Assembly: GCF_035084215.1 (NCBI RefSeq)
Contig: NC_090332.1
Location: forward strand, 1,674,001-1,738,000
Direction: 5' to 3'
DNA: 64,000 nucleotides
From: Heptranchias perlo
Lineage: Eukaryota
Each line of letters opens with the position of its first letter. Within the stretch, counting starts at the first letter, position 1. Both the position numbers and the translations under genes were made by a program. Of the stretch, positions 63,045 to 64,000 are shown in pieces. The notes under the pieces are model-generated. The model saw only the letters and a program-made list of their open reading frames with translations, was not told where the DNA came from and did no database searches.

Positions 63045-63392
63045 GTCCATTGGCTGATCCTGTCCTTGCTCAGTATCCAACAGTCAGCAAGGTTCCAGAG
63101 GGTGAAACCATCCAGTTACAATGTGCCATGTACAATGCCAGTGTGAGTGACACTGATGCCCACTGGTACTACCAGAGACCTGGGAACAACAGCAAGTGGC
63201 TGATGAGCCATTTTGTAAATGGCACCATTACCAGATCCCAAGGTTTCCCCGACCGTTTTCAGCCATCCAGGAATGTCACCAGTAACAGTTACATTCTGAC
63301 CATCGTGAATGTGTCACTCAGTGACACTGCTGTCTACAACTGCAGTGTGTGGAGCTACATCTATGGAGCAGGGACCCAGCTCAATGTAACCG
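63045..63392 (+). CDS. IgSF V-set exon 2 with germline-joined J-like strand (acceptor disrupted by LINE)
   Basis: AAAAAG|GT phase 1 to ACCG|GTAAGT phase 1, 348 nt: PLADPVLAQYP..GETIQLQC..AHWYYQRPG..DRF..YILTIVNVSLSDTAVYNC-SVWSYI-YGAGTQLNVT. Confidence 0.9.
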
Positions 63393-63818
63393 GTAAGTCA
63401 ATGTTAAGTAACACTGGTCACAATTTGCATTCAGATAGTGCCTTTCACGTGAAACACATCCCACTTCACAGAGACACAAGGAAAGGAATGGTCCCTGAGC
63501 CAGGGAGGGTTGGTGAGGGGGAGGGGGAGCCGGTCGTGATTCGCAGAAGTTTTGTGGAGCGAGGAAGCTCCTTCCGATCCACAAAAAACACTTTGGAAAT
63601 TCTGGGCCTTTTTTGAGGCCTATTTTTGATCTACCTCCTGCGATCTCTTTAGCATTGCCCCAAACTGCCATACAGATCGGGTGTGGGCCTATGCACTGCT
63701 AAATTGGTTATCTTTGCGCCTGTATTAGGCCCATAAAATGGGCACAACAATGTTAAGGTAAGACCCCTTTATATCTGATGGACTGGTCATTCAAGGCTGT
63801 TAACTTGCCAGATCTAAA

Positions 63819-64000
63819 GGGCCAACTTTAACCTAACCCTCCCATCGGGAAACTGAGGGGATCGGGTGCAACACTGGTTTTAAAACCCGCCCGATTTTAC
63901 TCCCTGTTGGAGTCAGTGAAGCGTAACATTGGGCGGCCTGTGAAACCGACATGCCACCCAATCCCGTCAGTTTCCCGACTGACGGCTTAGGTTAAAATTA
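63819..64000. mobile_element. Second palindromic MITE-like element, reaching the right edge
   Basis: TTTAACCTAA..TCGGGAAACTGA..GGGTG mirrored by CACCC..TCAGTTTCCCGA..TTAGGTTAAA; centre TTGGAGTCAGTG. Confidence 0.75.

Noticed and set aside
58795-63392. V exons as ordinary rearranging Ig/TCR V segments, or as a processed cDNA
   Set aside because: No RSS follows the second cysteine, the J-like strand is contiguous, and introns separate leader, V1 and V2.
63393-63616. C-terminal extension of the 188-aa ORF beyond the V domain
   Set aside because: It lies after a consensus GTAAGT donor; intron read-through.

Overview
Repeat-dense, GC-rich vertebrate genomic DNA. The repeat families and gene content point to a cartilaginous fish (shark); this is inference. 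It contains one 248-nt assembly gap. Three + strand host genes can be read. (1) One large exon (8322-8827) of a PAG1/LIME1-type transmembrane-adaptor cytoplasmic tail. (2) A complete 8-coding-exon ZNF395/ZNF704/SLC2A4RG-family C2H2 + C-clamp transcription factor (32443-45404, 468 aa); all splice phases reconcile. (3) The 5' part of an Ig-superfamily gene: a leader exon (50695-50746) and two V-set exons (58795-59133, 63045-63392) whose J-like GxGT strand is already joined in the germline with no RSS, i.e. a non-rearranging antigen-receptor-like molecule. A young LINE has inserted exactly at the splice acceptor of the second V exon. Its RT ORF is in frame with leader+V1, and it brings its own poly(A) signal. 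The rest is CR1 LINEs, a second LINE family with a partner SINE, L2 relics, Deu-domain SINEs, a Penelope element carrying a hammerhead ribozyme, a TSD-flanked hammerhead-like mini-element, a Tx1 relic, palindromic MITEs, a full-length CTCF motif and many minisatellites. Exon borders were read base by base; repeat borders are approximate.
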